The notes beneath the pieces are model-generated. The model made no database searches and was not told the origin of the DNA. It saw nothing but the letters and a program-made list of their open reading frames with translations. A stretch of DNA of 64,000 nucleotides from Turneriella sp. (GTDB taxonomy: Bacteria > Spirochaetota > Leptospiria > Turneriellales > Turneriellaceae), in the NCBI GenBank assembly GCA_965279515.1, contig CBDIID010000003.1, positions 3,872,001 to 3,936,000 on the forward strand. Direction: 5' to 3'. Positions 41,210 to 51,456 of the stretch are shown here, one piece after another. The position numbers and the translations under genes are program-made. Position 1 is the first letter of the stretch. Each line of letters begins with the position of its first letter.

Positions 41210-43654
41210 TTATGGTTCGACAAGTTCAGAGAGCAACCTGTTGACGTTTTTCTTAAATTTCGCAGGATCCCCGAGTTGCGCGATCTTTTCGCGGATACGC
41301 TCCTGCGCTTTGATTGTTTGCTTCCTATTATGAAGAGCTTGTACTAATTTTGCCTTGAAATCTGCGGCATTTCCAACTTCAGCTAAATGCAGATATTCGA
41401 TTTGATCAGGAATTTCTCGGGTGATTAATGGGATATTTGATGCAACAATGGGTACATTCAAGGCGAGAGCTTCGTTTACCTGGGTAGGGAAATTTCCTTC
41501 CAGTTCGCTCGTGAATACTAGACATGCGGCGCGTTTGTATAACCAGGAAAGAGTAGCATCGCTGACATCTTGAACTATGTGGACGTATTTTTCGAGGTCC
41601 AAAGATTTCAACAAGCCTTGGTTTTCGGGGGAAAGATCAGATGTTAGTACGAGGCAAAAGTTTGTATATTTTGACTCCTTGTGTAATAATTGCAGAGCTT
41701 TCAACAAGACATCTAATCTTTTGCTGGGGCGATCTCGGGTGGGGTAAAATAGATAATCCAGATGCTGGACTGTCTCCATTACGCTTCGATTCGGTTTACT
41801 AGTGCGGTCAAAATTACCTTGTAGGTTTGGCAATGGGAAGTAACGTATTTTCTCTACAGGTGGAAAAAGTTCAGTTTGCGGTAGGTATTCCTGACTATAT
41901 TTGGAGTTTGTCAGTATTAGTTTTGCTCCTGCGACAATTTTCTGGCCAGTAGCTAGATGTCTTTTCTCCCCTTTAAAATCTTTTTTCCGGGGATAAAAAT
42001 GTGGTATGTAGTCAGGTAAGTAGAGCAGATATGATTTATTCAGCTCAGCAGCTTCTGGGAAAGCATAGTAATGTGGTACAATAATGCCATCAATGTTGTC
42101 ATCATTTTTTAAGGCTGATAGAATCTTATCTGGCCGAATCTGAGCGATAAGTATTCTGAGCGCGTCTTGTATACCGCACCATATTATGGTCTTTTTCATA
42201 ACCACGATGATGCCTAGCTTTGCGAATGATATAATCTTTTTTAACGGAGGCTTTGGGAGGTTTCTTATGTGATGCCGAATCGGATATTGAATGATTTTAT
42301 CCACAATTCTGAAATCCGCGCCGCCGACATCAAAAACCTGGCATTGTATTTCCGAACCGGGCATATTGAAGAAGCCATGAATTCTCTGGATCATGCTTGA
42401 CCGGCTTGTAATTATCACCTCAAAATTCCCGGATTTGATCAGTGCTTGAGCTACCTGCCGCATTACCCGACAAATACCTTCTACGGCAAAATAGCTGCCT
42501 TCATGGAATAGCACAGGTTCACCGGGGAAATGCATAAATATCGCCAGCCGTCTTTTTCCGGAAGTTGGTTTCTCCGGAAAATAGATGAATTTAGGTCGTG
42601 ATACCGTATCGGATTCAATTATCCGCTGCAAAACCCTGTCAAATACCGGCCATACCTTCCGCGGAATATATCGATCAACGACGCTTTTTTGTGAAGCGAC
42701 GATCGCCTGAATGAATTTTTTATCTCCTTCTAAAAGGCGCTCACATTTTCCTTTCGCCTCATCTTCGCTAAATGCCCGCCCGGGAGAATTAACCGGCATC
42801 ATTCTGGAGAGCAGAGAACCGTCAAGAAAAACGACCGGGGCACCGAGAATCATCATTTCGATAGGCTGTAAGAAACAAACAGTTCTGGAGGGGTGTGTAT
42901 AGAGAGCGCCTTTTGATTGGAGGAACTGCTCTAATTGTTGACTCCGCGGGAGGGTGCCAACGATTTGGGGATCTTGGGCGTGGCTCGTTTGAACTCCATA
43001 GTAACGAAAGTGTTTTTCTGGAAAATGGCGCTTAAGATATTTGTAGTGGTGGCGAAAATAGGGGTCCCTAATGTTCGGCGATGTCAGACAAATTTCTGGG
43101 GTTAAAGCTCCATGTTGGTTCCAAGATCCCTGAAGATTAATAATGTCATCAGTGACACAATAGGGGACAACTTCTCCCATTTCTCTTAACCACAGATGTT
43201 CTTCTTCTAATATTTCCATGGAGGTAGGTAAGTAAAAGAAATTTTTGATTCCGGAAAATAATTCCAGGGCACCGACTCTCTGCAATTCATCGCTAACAAG
43301 GTCTTTCAGTCCGTATGCCCGAAAAATAACCTTACCGTGAAAAACCGAAAGGACATCCTTAAGGATATTGGGGGAACTAGGAATGATAACGCAATCAAAG
43401 TACTCGTTCAGCATTTGGGCCATCTCGGCATTAATTGGATTATGATAGAAGTTATATTTGCTCAATTTATCATGAATTTTAGGTGGAAGAGTGGTCGATG
43501 AAGGTACCCACTCCCTGATTACCGATTGATCATTGACTTTGCTAAGGTAAGGTGGCGTAAATACTTCGTAGCCCAGCATCCGGAGACGAGCGACCTCGGT
43601 TTGAAGCAAGATTTTATGAGCACAGATAAAAAAAATTCGGCGATTCTTTTTCAT
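41210..43654 (-). CDS. Two-module glycosyltransferase (GT-B; C-terminal GT4-like)
   Basis: N-terminal module ending PIEMMILGAPVV; C-terminal FYP....PSKR...LEGNFPTQVNEALALNVPIVASNIP. Confidence 0.8.
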   Translation of the reverse strand: MKKNRRIFFICAHKILLQTEVARLRMLGYEVFTPPYLSKVNDQSVIREWVPSSTTLPPKIHDKLSKYNFYHNPINAEMAQMLNEYFDCVIIPSSPNILKDVLSVFHGKVIFRAYGLKDLVSDELQRVGALELFSGIKNFFYLPTSMEILEEEHLWLREMGEVVPYCVTDDIINLQGSWNQHGALTPEICLTSPNIRDPYFRHHYKYLKRHFPEKHFRYYGVQTSHAQDPQIVGTLPRSQQLEQFLQSKGALYTHPSRTVCFLQPIEMMILGAPVVFLDGSLLSRMMPVNSPGRAFSEDEAKGKCERLLEGDKKFIQAIVASQKSVVDRYIPRKVWPVFDRVLQRIIESDTVSRPKFIYFPEKPTSGKRRLAIFMHFPGEPVLFHEGSYFAVEGICRVMRQVAQALIKSGNFEVIITSRSSMIQRIHGFFNMPGSEIQCQVFDVGGADFRIVDKIIQYPIRHHIRNLPKPPLKKIISFAKLGIIVVMKKTIIWCGIQDALRILIAQIRPDKILSALKNDDNIDGIIVPHYYAFPEAAELNKSYLLYLPDYIPHFYPRKKDFKGEKRHLATGQKIVAGAKLILTNSKYSQEYLPQTELFPPVEKIRYFPLPNLQGNFDRTSKPNRSVMETVQHLDYLFYPTRDRPSKRLDVLLKALQLLHKESKYTNFCLVLTSDLSPENQGLLKSLDLEKYVHIVQDVSDATLSWLYKRAACLVFTSELEGNFPTQVNEALALNVPIVASNIPLITREIPDQIEYLHLAEVGNAADFKAKLVQALHNRKQTIKAQERIREKIAQLGDPAKFKKNVNRLLSELVEP

Positions 43655-44013
43655 GGAAAATTCTTAGTAAGAAGGGCGGTAATTCATGACGTTTCTGGCA
43701 AACGGAGCAAATGCTTAGGTAGTCTCACAAGGGGACAGGCTCTTAATGTGAAATCACATTCCTTGAACGCCCCTCCGGAGAGGAGGCTTCGAGCCTATAT
43801 TTATCTTTACATTCGACAAGGTTTTTTCCTAAACCAAAAATTTCATACTAAGTTGATAGTTTTTGGGTAAAACATGAAGTGACAACTCGAAAACTCAGAT
43901 ATCAGTATATTACAGCGTTGGCTGCAAGTTGGCCTCGTTTGGCTATCTATATTGAAGCCTGGCGTAAGATTATACACATTCCTCTGGTCTTTATCGGCCG
44001 TTGATTTACCTGG

Positions 44014-45261
44014 CTACTTGCCATCGTGGCGCGTTAACTTCAAAGCAATATCCGGATGAACATAAAACGGGGTCCGCCTGGTTCGAATAATATTTATTTT
44101 TATGGCCAGATCCCACCAGTCATAAATTGTCAAAGAATTTTTTGAATGTGCAGTAACTTCGATCCAATGGGCCCCATTTTCCAATATATTCGGTATGCTC
44201 CAGGTTATCTCAATGGTCTCGCCCGCTTTAACATTTGCAAGCGTCGAATCTTCTAGCTGAGTATTCGTGCCGAATAGTGGCTGCTTCAGCTCATTCTTAA
44301 TGCAGATGCCGGTTACCAATTCCGCAACCGCATGATTCGCAGCTAATTGCGCTCTCACAGTTATTATGCCACCCCGCTCCGCTGAATAAGTTGTAGCATC
44401 AGCTTCCAAAGCCGTGAATTTAACGTCTCCGTTTCCAAAACGAAATGGGTTGACTGTTTGCATATCAGGACGCTCTCCGCTTGCAGGTATGCTTGCAATT
44501 GCAGCTTCGCTGTTGCTGAATAACTTTCTATACTCACGGGCGACATCTCTCGGCATTCCTTCATGAGTAATCCTGCCTTGATCGATCAAAATAGCGCGGT
44601 CGCAGAATTGTTCGACAGCCCCCATATCATGAGTTACGAATACTACGGTTTTCCCGACGCGTTTAAGCAGCTCAAAATGGCGAAAACACTTCTGTTGAAA
44701 ATCTAAATCACCAACGGCCAAGACTTCGTCCACCAGCAGAATATCGGCATCAGTCATCGAGGCAATGGAAAAGGCCAAGCGAACCTGCATGCCCGACGAG
44801 AAGTTTTTTAGGGGTTTGTCCATATGCCCTTCTAATTCCGCAAATTTCACGATTGCTTCCATCTTGGCTGTAATGCTTGCGCGGCTGAATCCGAGCAGCG
44901 CGCCGTTCATATAAACGTTTTCATAGCCACTGAGTTCACCATGGAACCCAACCCCAAGCTCAATAAATGGGACTATCAAACCTTTTACATTCACGGAGCC
45001 TTTTGTAGGCGCGTAAATTTGAGCTATAAGTTTTAGGAGTGTACTTTTGCCGCCTCCATTACGCCCCACTATTCCAAAAAACTCTCCTTTCCGAATGTTA
45101 AGATTTATATCCTGTAATACAGTTATCGGTGTGGATTTTTTCTGCCCTAGAACCTGACTTGGATGAATAAAGAGATTCTTTAGATTACTTCCTGCAAACC
45201 GGGGGGGGCGAAAAATTTTTGTTACATTGCTGATAGAAATAGCTACTTCATATTTGAGCAT
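44014..45261 (-). CDS. wzt: Polysaccharide ABC exporter ATP-binding subunit with C-terminal Wzt_C domain
   Basis: GRNGGGKST, ELGVGF, FSSGMQVRLAFS, VDEVLAVGD..FQ.KC; TGATG-coupled to wzm. Confidence 0.92.
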   Translation of the reverse strand: MLKYEVAISISNVTKIFRPPRFAGSNLKNLFIHPSQVLGQKKSTPITVLQDINLNIRKGEFFGIVGRNGGGKSTLLKLIAQIYAPTKGSVNVKGLIVPFIELGVGFHGELSGYENVYMNGALLGFSRASITAKMEAIVKFAELEGHMDKPLKNFSSGMQVRLAFSIASMTDADILLVDEVLAVGDLDFQQKCFRHFELLKRVGKTVVFVTHDMGAVEQFCDRAILIDQGRITHEGMPRDVAREYRKLFSNSEAAIASIPASGERPDMQTVNPFRFGNGDVKFTALEADATTYSAERGGIITVRAQLAANHAVAELVTGICIKNELKQPLFGTNTQLEDSTLANVKAGETIEITWSIPNILENGAHWIEVTAHSKNSLTIYDWWDLAIKINIIRTRRTPFYVHPDIALKLTRHDGK

Positions 45262-46052
45262 CAAATTCTCTCGGCAAAAAATTTTGCTGAACGCTGAAAG
45301 AAAATCAGTCCGAATATCAGAATTAAGACCGTAATGCCAATCGGAATTCCTCGCAGCCAAGGCATTTCGGGATGAAGGGTTTCAATTATTACGGTCTGTT
45401 TAGATATAAACACATATCGAAAATCCTGGATTATCTGAGCTACTGGAAAAAGAATCAAAATCTTTGCTGCCAAAGGTGGAAGAGCTAATGGCGTATACAG
45501 AATAGGCGTTCCATAAAAACCGATCTGAAGAGTTAGTTCCCAAATGGGTGAGATATCACGGAAATTAATATAGAGAACCGATAATATGGCGCCCACGCCT
45601 AAAAAGAGCGCGCATGCCTCGATAGTCAGAGGCAGAATCCAAAGCGCTTGAAGGCCGATATCTACTTGATTGACGATGGCGAAAATCAATACAACGACAA
45701 AGTTAAGTACAAAGCTAATACCTGCCGCGGCTACAACACTTGTTAACAATACCCACTTCGGAAAATTTAGCTTTCGAAGCAAGTGACCGCGCGCCGCGAT
45801 TGCCTGAAGTCCTGCTGTTGAGGCTTCCGTAAAGAAAGACCAGATTATCATCCCCAGTAAAAGATAAATCGCCGGTGAAGATACTTTTAGGTCAAATTTT
45901 AGGAATCGAACAAATACAATGTAGAGCACAACGAACATGCACAATGGCTTTAATAGCGTCCAAAAATACCCCAGCAAGGATCCATGGTATCTAAGTCTAA
46001 AATCTGTTCTAATAAACTCAGATAAGATATTTAGCGACTGCGATTTTGACAT
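45261..46052 (-). CDS. wzm: Polysaccharide ABC exporter permease
   Basis: DFRLRYHGSLLGYFW...P, FRDI, FYGTPILY, FAE.I end. Confidence 0.92.
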   Translation of the reverse strand: MSKSQSLNILSEFIRTDFRLRYHGSLLGYFWTLLKPLCMFVVLYIVFVRFLKFDLKVSSPAIYLLLGMIIWSFFTEASTAGLQAIAARGHLLRKLNFPKWVLLTSVVAAAGISFVLNFVVVLIFAIVNQVDIGLQALWILPLTIEACALFLGVGAILSVLYINFRDISPIWELTLQIGFYGTPILYTPLALPPLAAKILILFPVAQIIQDFRYVFISKQTVIIETLHPEMPWLRGIPIGITVLILIFGLIFFQRSAKFFAERI

Positions 46053-46485
46053 ATAAGCTAACCAGAATATTCGATTTTAACATCAGGAATCATCACGGGC
46101 AAAACCTGTTTACTATATGCATTCTACCCCATCAATTCGACGAACCACCTTGGCTATTCAGGCCCGCTCGTAAAGAATTTACTCTGCGATAACAACCAAG
46201 CCATAAGCGTTTAGTTGAATCTAGGAAAAATTCGGGCTACAAGTCTTCTGGCGGCGAATTTGAACTGTCTTTCCGGCTTGCCGGCTTTCTGCAGTTAAGA
46301 CAGGGGTAGTATCCCAGCAAAAAATTTAGAGTATTCAATGTCAAGCCCTAGTTCAGTAGAGATTCCAATCGAGTTGGCACCTTATCGGGCTTAATATTCT
46401 TGACCTTTTATGCTCAGTATGCTCAAAATTCTAATGGGCTCTAAACCGTTGTTCATGCCATAACTGCTTAGTTTTAAACAGGCTT

Positions 46486-47262
46486 ATGCGTAGAGTAAAA
46501 AAGGCAGAATTTGTGTCCGGTCATCTCAAGAAAAATCAAAGTCATCAAAATGCCGAGAATCGTGAATATTCGGGTACCGCATTACTTTTTCAGGCCGAAG
46601 AAGACATACCAAGGTATAATCGGTGGATTGTTAAACAGGTAATTGATGCAACCGGCAAAAAGCCTGGGCTTAGGGTCTTGGACTTCGGTGCAGGAGTGGG
46701 GACTCTGAGCCAGATTTTTGCGACGCAGGCAGGAGTTACTCCCGATTGCATTGAGCTCGATCGGGAAAATCAGGCGACGATTGCCAGCCGGGGGTTTCGA
46801 TGTTATCAGGAAATCCACGAGCTTCAGGATAAATACAGCTTAGTGTACTCATCGAATGTCTTTGAGCACATACCCGACGATAGTGCCGTTGCCAATGAGC
46901 TTCGTGATCATATGCTTGATGGCGCGAAATTAGTTATCTTTGTTCCTGCATTACCACTATTATGGTCAAAAATGGATTCTCGGGTTGGCCACATTCGGAG
47001 GTACACTAAAAAATCGATGCGTCAAATGCTGGAAAAGTCCGGATTTGATGTTATTTCAATGCGTTATTGTAATTCAGTTGGTTTCGCGTTAACTTTATTG
47101 TTTAAATTGGTTGGTAGTTCAAGTGGTGAGCCTTCGCGCACAGCTCTGAGGATATTCGATAAGTTTTTGTTGCCAATTTCCAGAGTATTTGACTTTCTGT
47201 TGTTGGGTTCTTTAGGTCAAAATTTATTTGTCGTAGCAGATTTAAAACCTGATACCCGGTAA
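46486..47262 (+). CDS. Class I SAM-dependent methyltransferase
   Basis: VLDFGAGVG, NVFEHI.DD, FVPA...L.S..D..VGH.RRY. Confidence 0.85.
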   Translation: MRRVKKAEFVSGHLKKNQSHQNAENREYSGTALLFQAEEDIPRYNRWIVKQVIDATGKKPGLRVLDFGAGVGTLSQIFATQAGVTPDCIELDRENQATIASRGFRCYQEIHELQDKYSLVYSSNVFEHIPDDSAVANELRDHMLDGAKLVIFVPALPLLWSKMDSRVGHIRRYTKKSMRQMLEKSGFDVISMRYCNSVGFALTLLFKLVGSSSGEPSRTALRIFDKFLLPISRVFDFLLLGSLGQNLFVVADLKPDTR

Positions 47263-47267
47263 AATGA

Positions 47268-48104
47268 ATGCTTAAAAAAGATATTGAATACTGGCGTGGA
47301 AAAACTGTCCTGATTACTGGCGGGTCCTCAGGTATTGGTTTGGCGCTTGCACATGAAGTCGTTGAAACTTGCGGAGCCGTTGCCATAATATCACGGAATG
47401 ATACAAGCTTGTCAAAGGCGAAGAAAATTCTTACTGGCCCGAAAAATCAGGCAAAGATCAGGTTTTATCCGTGTGATGTGGGCAGTTCAGTTCAGGTCAA
47501 GAAAATGGCCAACCGCGTATTGAAGGAAGTGGGTTGTCCAGATATAATTATCAATAATGCGGGATTTGCTCACTTTTACACTTTTGACCAAATGGATGAA
47601 AATGATATCGAAGAGACGGCGAATGTTAACTTTTCTGGCTTTCTGCGCGTTACCCGGGCATTCCTTCCAGCGATGATCACAGCAACAGCTCCGGGATGTA
47701 TTGTGAACATTGCTTCCGTGGCCGGTGCGTTCCCGATCACGCCCAATGCTGTGTACGGAGCGGCAAAAGCCGGAATGCTTGCTTTTTCTGAGCTTTTGGG
47801 CATCGAATTGGATCATTTTGGGATAAGAGTTGTCACAGTGTGCCCAGGGCGCGTAGAAACGTCTTTTTTTGACCACATCTCATACAAAAGGCGCGTTGCA
47901 GGTTCCGAGACGCAAATTGTGACTCCGATTCGCAAAGTAACCGATGGGATCATCAGGGCTGTAACTGCCCAGAAGCGAGTTGTCTTTATTCCAGGATACT
48001 GGCGATATTTTGCCTGGCTTTTATCTGTTGATAAACTTGTATTGCGACCTTTGTACCGCGCTTTTCTCAAGAAGCGTGTTGCTCGGTTAAGAAATCAGAA
48101 ATAG
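47268..48104 (+). CDS. SDR family oxidoreductase
   Basis: TGGSSGIG, NNAG, YGAAK. Confidence 0.88.
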   Translation: MLKKDIEYWRGKTVLITGGSSGIGLALAHEVVETCGAVAIISRNDTSLSKAKKILTGPKNQAKIRFYPCDVGSSVQVKKMANRVLKEVGCPDIIINNAGFAHFYTFDQMDENDIEETANVNFSGFLRVTRAFLPAMITATAPGCIVNIASVAGAFPITPNAVYGAAKAGMLAFSELLGIELDHFGIRVVTVCPGRVETSFFDHISYKRRVAGSETQIVTPIRKVTDGIIRAVTAQKRVVFIPGYWRYFAWLLSVDKLVLRPLYRAFLKKRVARLRNQK

Positions 48105-48111
48105 GTAATAT

Positions 48112-48999
48112 ATGAATGAGAAAACCATCGTTTGCCCACTAAATGGGCTTCCAGCCCGGATTTACGTCAGAAAAGGTCGAGCAATCTATTATTTGGAGCC
48201 AAAGTCGGGTTTGATTTTTCAAGGCAATCTGCCCACCGTCAATGATATGGAGGCGTTTAATCAATCCGAATATGAGTCCGGCAGTTACAAAGCTTATGTT
48301 GAGATGGGGCATTTGAAGAAGCGGACGGCCAGAAATAGATTGGAAAAAATTCGAAAATTCGGGAAAGCTTCGGGTAATCTGCTCGATGTTGGTTGCTCTG
48401 CTGGCCTGTTTCTCGAGGTTGCTCAGGAATTCGGATTTAAGGTGCACGGCGTCGAGCTTTCCGCAAAGGCCATTGAGCTAGCGAAACCGGACATCCGGAA
48501 ATTGATTTCTAAAGCGGATGCGAATAAGCACATTAAGAAGTACGGTGCAGTGTATGATGTTGTGACGGCGTACGATATTATTGAACATACACAGGAGCCA
48601 AAAGTTTTTCTCAAGGATCTATATAATGCGTTGGCTCCCGAGGGAGTTGTAGCAATTGCAACTCCGGATTCTGGTCATTTTCTGCGTTACCTGATGCGTG
48701 GGAGCTGGTCAATGTTGCAACCGATGCAGCATACCTTTCTATTTAGCCGCCGAGGGCTTAAGTCGCTGCTAGAGGAGACCGGTTTTCAGGAAGTGCAAAT
48801 AATGTCCGCCAAAAAAACCTTAACTATTAATTATCTATTTGGTCAATTAGCGCAGACAAATCCGCTGATTTCGCGGCTATACAAAATCTTCAAGTTCCTC
48901 ATACCTTCTTTTATCGGAGATGCCATGTTCGATCTGAATATCAGCGAGTTTTTGGCGTTGGCACGAAAGGTCCCAGCAAAAACCAAGGCTTCGAAATGA
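48112..48999 (+). CDS. Class I SAM-dependent methyltransferase
   Basis: LLDVGCSAG, DIIEH, L.P.G...IATP. Confidence 0.85.
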   Translation: MNEKTIVCPLNGLPARIYVRKGRAIYYLEPKSGLIFQGNLPTVNDMEAFNQSEYESGSYKAYVEMGHLKKRTARNRLEKIRKFGKASGNLLDVGCSAGLFLEVAQEFGFKVHGVELSAKAIELAKPDIRKLISKADANKHIKKYGAVYDVVTAYDIIEHTQEPKVFLKDLYNALAPEGVVAIATPDSGHFLRYLMRGSWSMLQPMQHTFLFSRRGLKSLLEETGFQEVQIMSAKKTLTINYLFGQLAQTNPLISRLYKIFKFLIPSFIGDAMFDLNISEFLALARKVPAKTKASK

Positions 49000-50432
49000 G
49001 TCCTTTACGAAACTCAAGAGTTAAAGAAAAGTCGCAGCGTGCTACCTACTCGCAAGGTGCGTGTCCGCTTTGCGGTAGCAAACATCAAGCGTATGTTTAT
49101 TCAAAAGTACATTCCCGTGTTGTCCATTGTACGAATTGCGGGTTGCTGGAAGATGTCGCTTTTGACATAAGGAATCAGCCTCAGAATCATTGGTCCCCGG
49201 AAAAGCTTGAGAAATTATCGGATCTTGTTCAGAATACTCAGGGCAATGTCACATTAATTACGACCATCCGGGGCAATAAGTCCCTCGAGCGTGTTTTTAG
49301 GCAAACTTTGCCGGCAGAGCGTCTGAATGTTGTCGACTTCGCAAAGCTAGGGTCGTTTAGGTCAAAAAATGAAAGCGTTTTTGTAGATGACCACTTACTG
49401 GATCAACCTAATCCCAGGGAAATATTAAGCAAGCTGAACCGAAACTTTCTGCCTGATCAACGCGTGGTTTTTTGCATCGAATTAATTGGCGGAAATCATG
49501 GATGGTTAAGGGAATCCTTGAAACCCAGGGAGGCTTACGCGCGTTTTTGGCCTGATTGGGTTACATTCCACAAATTGCTCTTATCCGCAGGTTTTGAGAA
49601 GGTCTGGCTAAACAACGTCCAAGAAGACCAGCACGGAACCAGTATGGCAATTGTTTCAGCCAAAAATGGAATCGCCCGAGTTCGTCCAAAACTCTCAATA
49701 GTCATGCCCGTTTTCAACGAAGCGGCAACATTTGAATCAACATTTTCCCGGGTGTTGAGTAAGAAAATTCCTGGCGCAGATAAGGAAATAATCATTGTTG
49801 AAAGTAACTCAACGGATGGAACAAAAGATCTTGTTGCGCGCGTTGCAGCAGCGCCGAATGTCAAAGTTCTTTGGCAAGAACGTCCCCGTGGCAAAGGTCA
49901 TGCAGTTCGGCAAGGTATTGAAGCATCCACAGGGAACATCATTCTGATTCAGGATGCGGACCTTGAATATGACGTTAACGATTATGATGCGCTGGTTGAA
50001 GAACTCTTATCGTGGCGCTCTACATTTGTTCTTGGCTCCAGGCATACGGGAGATTGGAAAATGAGGAAGTTTAACGATATGCCGTTCATGGCGGGGTTTT
50101 TCAACTTGGGGCACATTTTTTTCGTTTGGCTAATTAACGTCTTGATTAGGGCCAAAATGAAAGACCCGTTTACAATGTATAAGGTATTCTACAAAGATTG
50201 CATTTATGGTTTACATTTCCGGTATAATCGCTTTGATTTTGATCATGAGTTAGTAATAAAGTTGTATCGAAAGGGCTTTCATCCGCCAGAAATACCCGTT
50301 AACTATGTTGCCCGGTCGTTTTCAGAAGGGAAAAAAGTTTCATTTTTTAAAGATGGAATTTCCTGGTTGGTAAAAGATATTAAGCTGGCGACAGAATCTT
50401 TGAACTCAGCTGATCTCAGGAAAATACCATAG
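48996..50432 (+). CDS. GT2 (polyprenol-phosphate sugar synthase-like) fused to Zn ribbon and degenerate methyltransferase-like region
   Basis: CPLC..CTNC; LSIVMPVFNE, S.STDGT, GKG.AV, QDADLEY, GSR, F.FD.E, EIPV.Y..R....GKK. Confidence 0.85.
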   Translation: MSPLRNSRVKEKSQRATYSQGACPLCGSKHQAYVYSKVHSRVVHCTNCGLLEDVAFDIRNQPQNHWSPEKLEKLSDLVQNTQGNVTLITTIRGNKSLERVFRQTLPAERLNVVDFAKLGSFRSKNESVFVDDHLLDQPNPREILSKLNRNFLPDQRVVFCIELIGGNHGWLRESLKPREAYARFWPDWVTFHKLLLSAGFEKVWLNNVQEDQHGTSMAIVSAKNGIARVRPKLSIVMPVFNEAATFESTFSRVLSKKIPGADKEIIIVESNSTDGTKDLVARVAAAPNVKVLWQERPRGKGHAVRQGIEASTGNIILIQDADLEYDVNDYDALVEELLSWRSTFVLGSRHTGDWKMRKFNDMPFMAGFFNLGHIFFVWLINVLIRAKMKDPFTMYKVFYKDCIYGLHFRYNRFDFDHELVIKLYRKGFHPPEIPVNYVARSFSEGKKVSFFKDGISWLVKDIKLATESLNSADLRKIP

Positions 50433-50499
50433 ACATGATGAAAAAGTTTGGTGATAATCGCGTTTTTTACTTTTTATTATCGGGACGGGAGACTCATAA

Positions 50500-51456
50500 A
50501 TGAAGTTCATAGTAACAGGCTGTGCCGGCTTTATCGGGAGCAACCTCACGGACCGATTGCTTGATGAAGGGCACTCTGTGGTCGGAATCGACAATTTTTC
50601 CACGGGGCAACGGGAGTTTCTTCACAAGGCACTGAAAAATTCAAAATTCTCCCTGGTTGAGGCAGATCTGCTTAATCCGGAAGTTTATGTTGATTCTTTT
50701 TCCGGCGGAGATAGGGTTTATCATCTTGCAGCGAATGCTGATGTCCGTTTTGGTACCAATCATCCAAGAAGGGACCTGGAGCAGAACACGATTGCAACTT
50801 ATAATGTTCTTGAGGCGATGCGGGCAAACGGAATTAAGCAGATTATCTTTTCATCGACCGGGTCAGTTTACGGGGAAGCTCCTGTCATACCAACGCCTGA
50901 AGATTGTCCATTTCCAATCCAAACATCACTGTATGCGGCGTCTAAACTTGCATGTGAGGGTTTGCTGGCAGCATATAGTGCAGGATTTGGATTTCAGGTT
51001 TGGATTTTTCGGTTTGTATCTATTCTTGGAGAGCGATACACGCATGGTCACGTATTTGACTTCTACAAACAACTAAAAGCAGATGGTTCCCGCTTGCGCG
51101 TGCTGGGCAATGGAAAACAAAGAAAATCTTATCTCTATATTCAGGATTGTTTGGATGCGATTCATGTCGCGGTTGAAATGGCTAAGGAAAACGTCAATAT
51201 ATTCAATCTTGGCGTTGATGGATATTGTGAAGTCAATGATTCCATTGGATGGATTTGTGGCTCGCTCGGACTAAAGCCAATTTTAGAATACACCGGGGGA
51301 GATCGCGGGTGGATCGGCGACAATCCCTTTATCTTCCTGGAGACCCGGAAAATAAAACAACTAGGATGGATACCGAAGTTATCGATTCAGGAAGGCGTCA
51401 AAAAAACCATAGATTACCTTCGCGAAAATCCATGGGTAATGGAAGCTAGGGCATGA
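50500..51456 (+). CDS. NAD-dependent nucleotide-sugar epimerase/dehydratase
   Basis: TGCAGFIG, HLAANADV, SLYAASK. Confidence 0.9.
   Translation: MKFIVTGCAGFIGSNLTDRLLDEGHSVVGIDNFSTGQREFLHKALKNSKFSLVEADLLNPEVYVDSFSGGDRVYHLAANADVRFGTNHPRRDLEQNTIATYNVLEAMRANGIKQIIFSSTGSVYGEAPVIPTPEDCPFPIQTSLYAASKLACEGLLAAYSAGFGFQVWIFRFVSILGERYTHGHVFDFYKQLKADGSRLRVLGNGKQRKSYLYIQDCLDAIHVAVEMAKENVNIFNLGVDGYCEVNDSIGWICGSLGLKPILEYTGGDRGWIGDNPFIFLETRKIKQLGWIPKLSIQEGVKKTIDYLRENPWVMEARA

Noticed and set aside
43526..43870. 114-aa plus-strand ORF
   Set aside because: Overlaps the glycosyltransferase 5' end in antisense, with no RBS or recognisable motif.
46053..46485. JUMPstart/ops element or small gene in the divergent intergenic region
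   Set aside because: No GGCGGTAG-type ops match and no convincing ORF.
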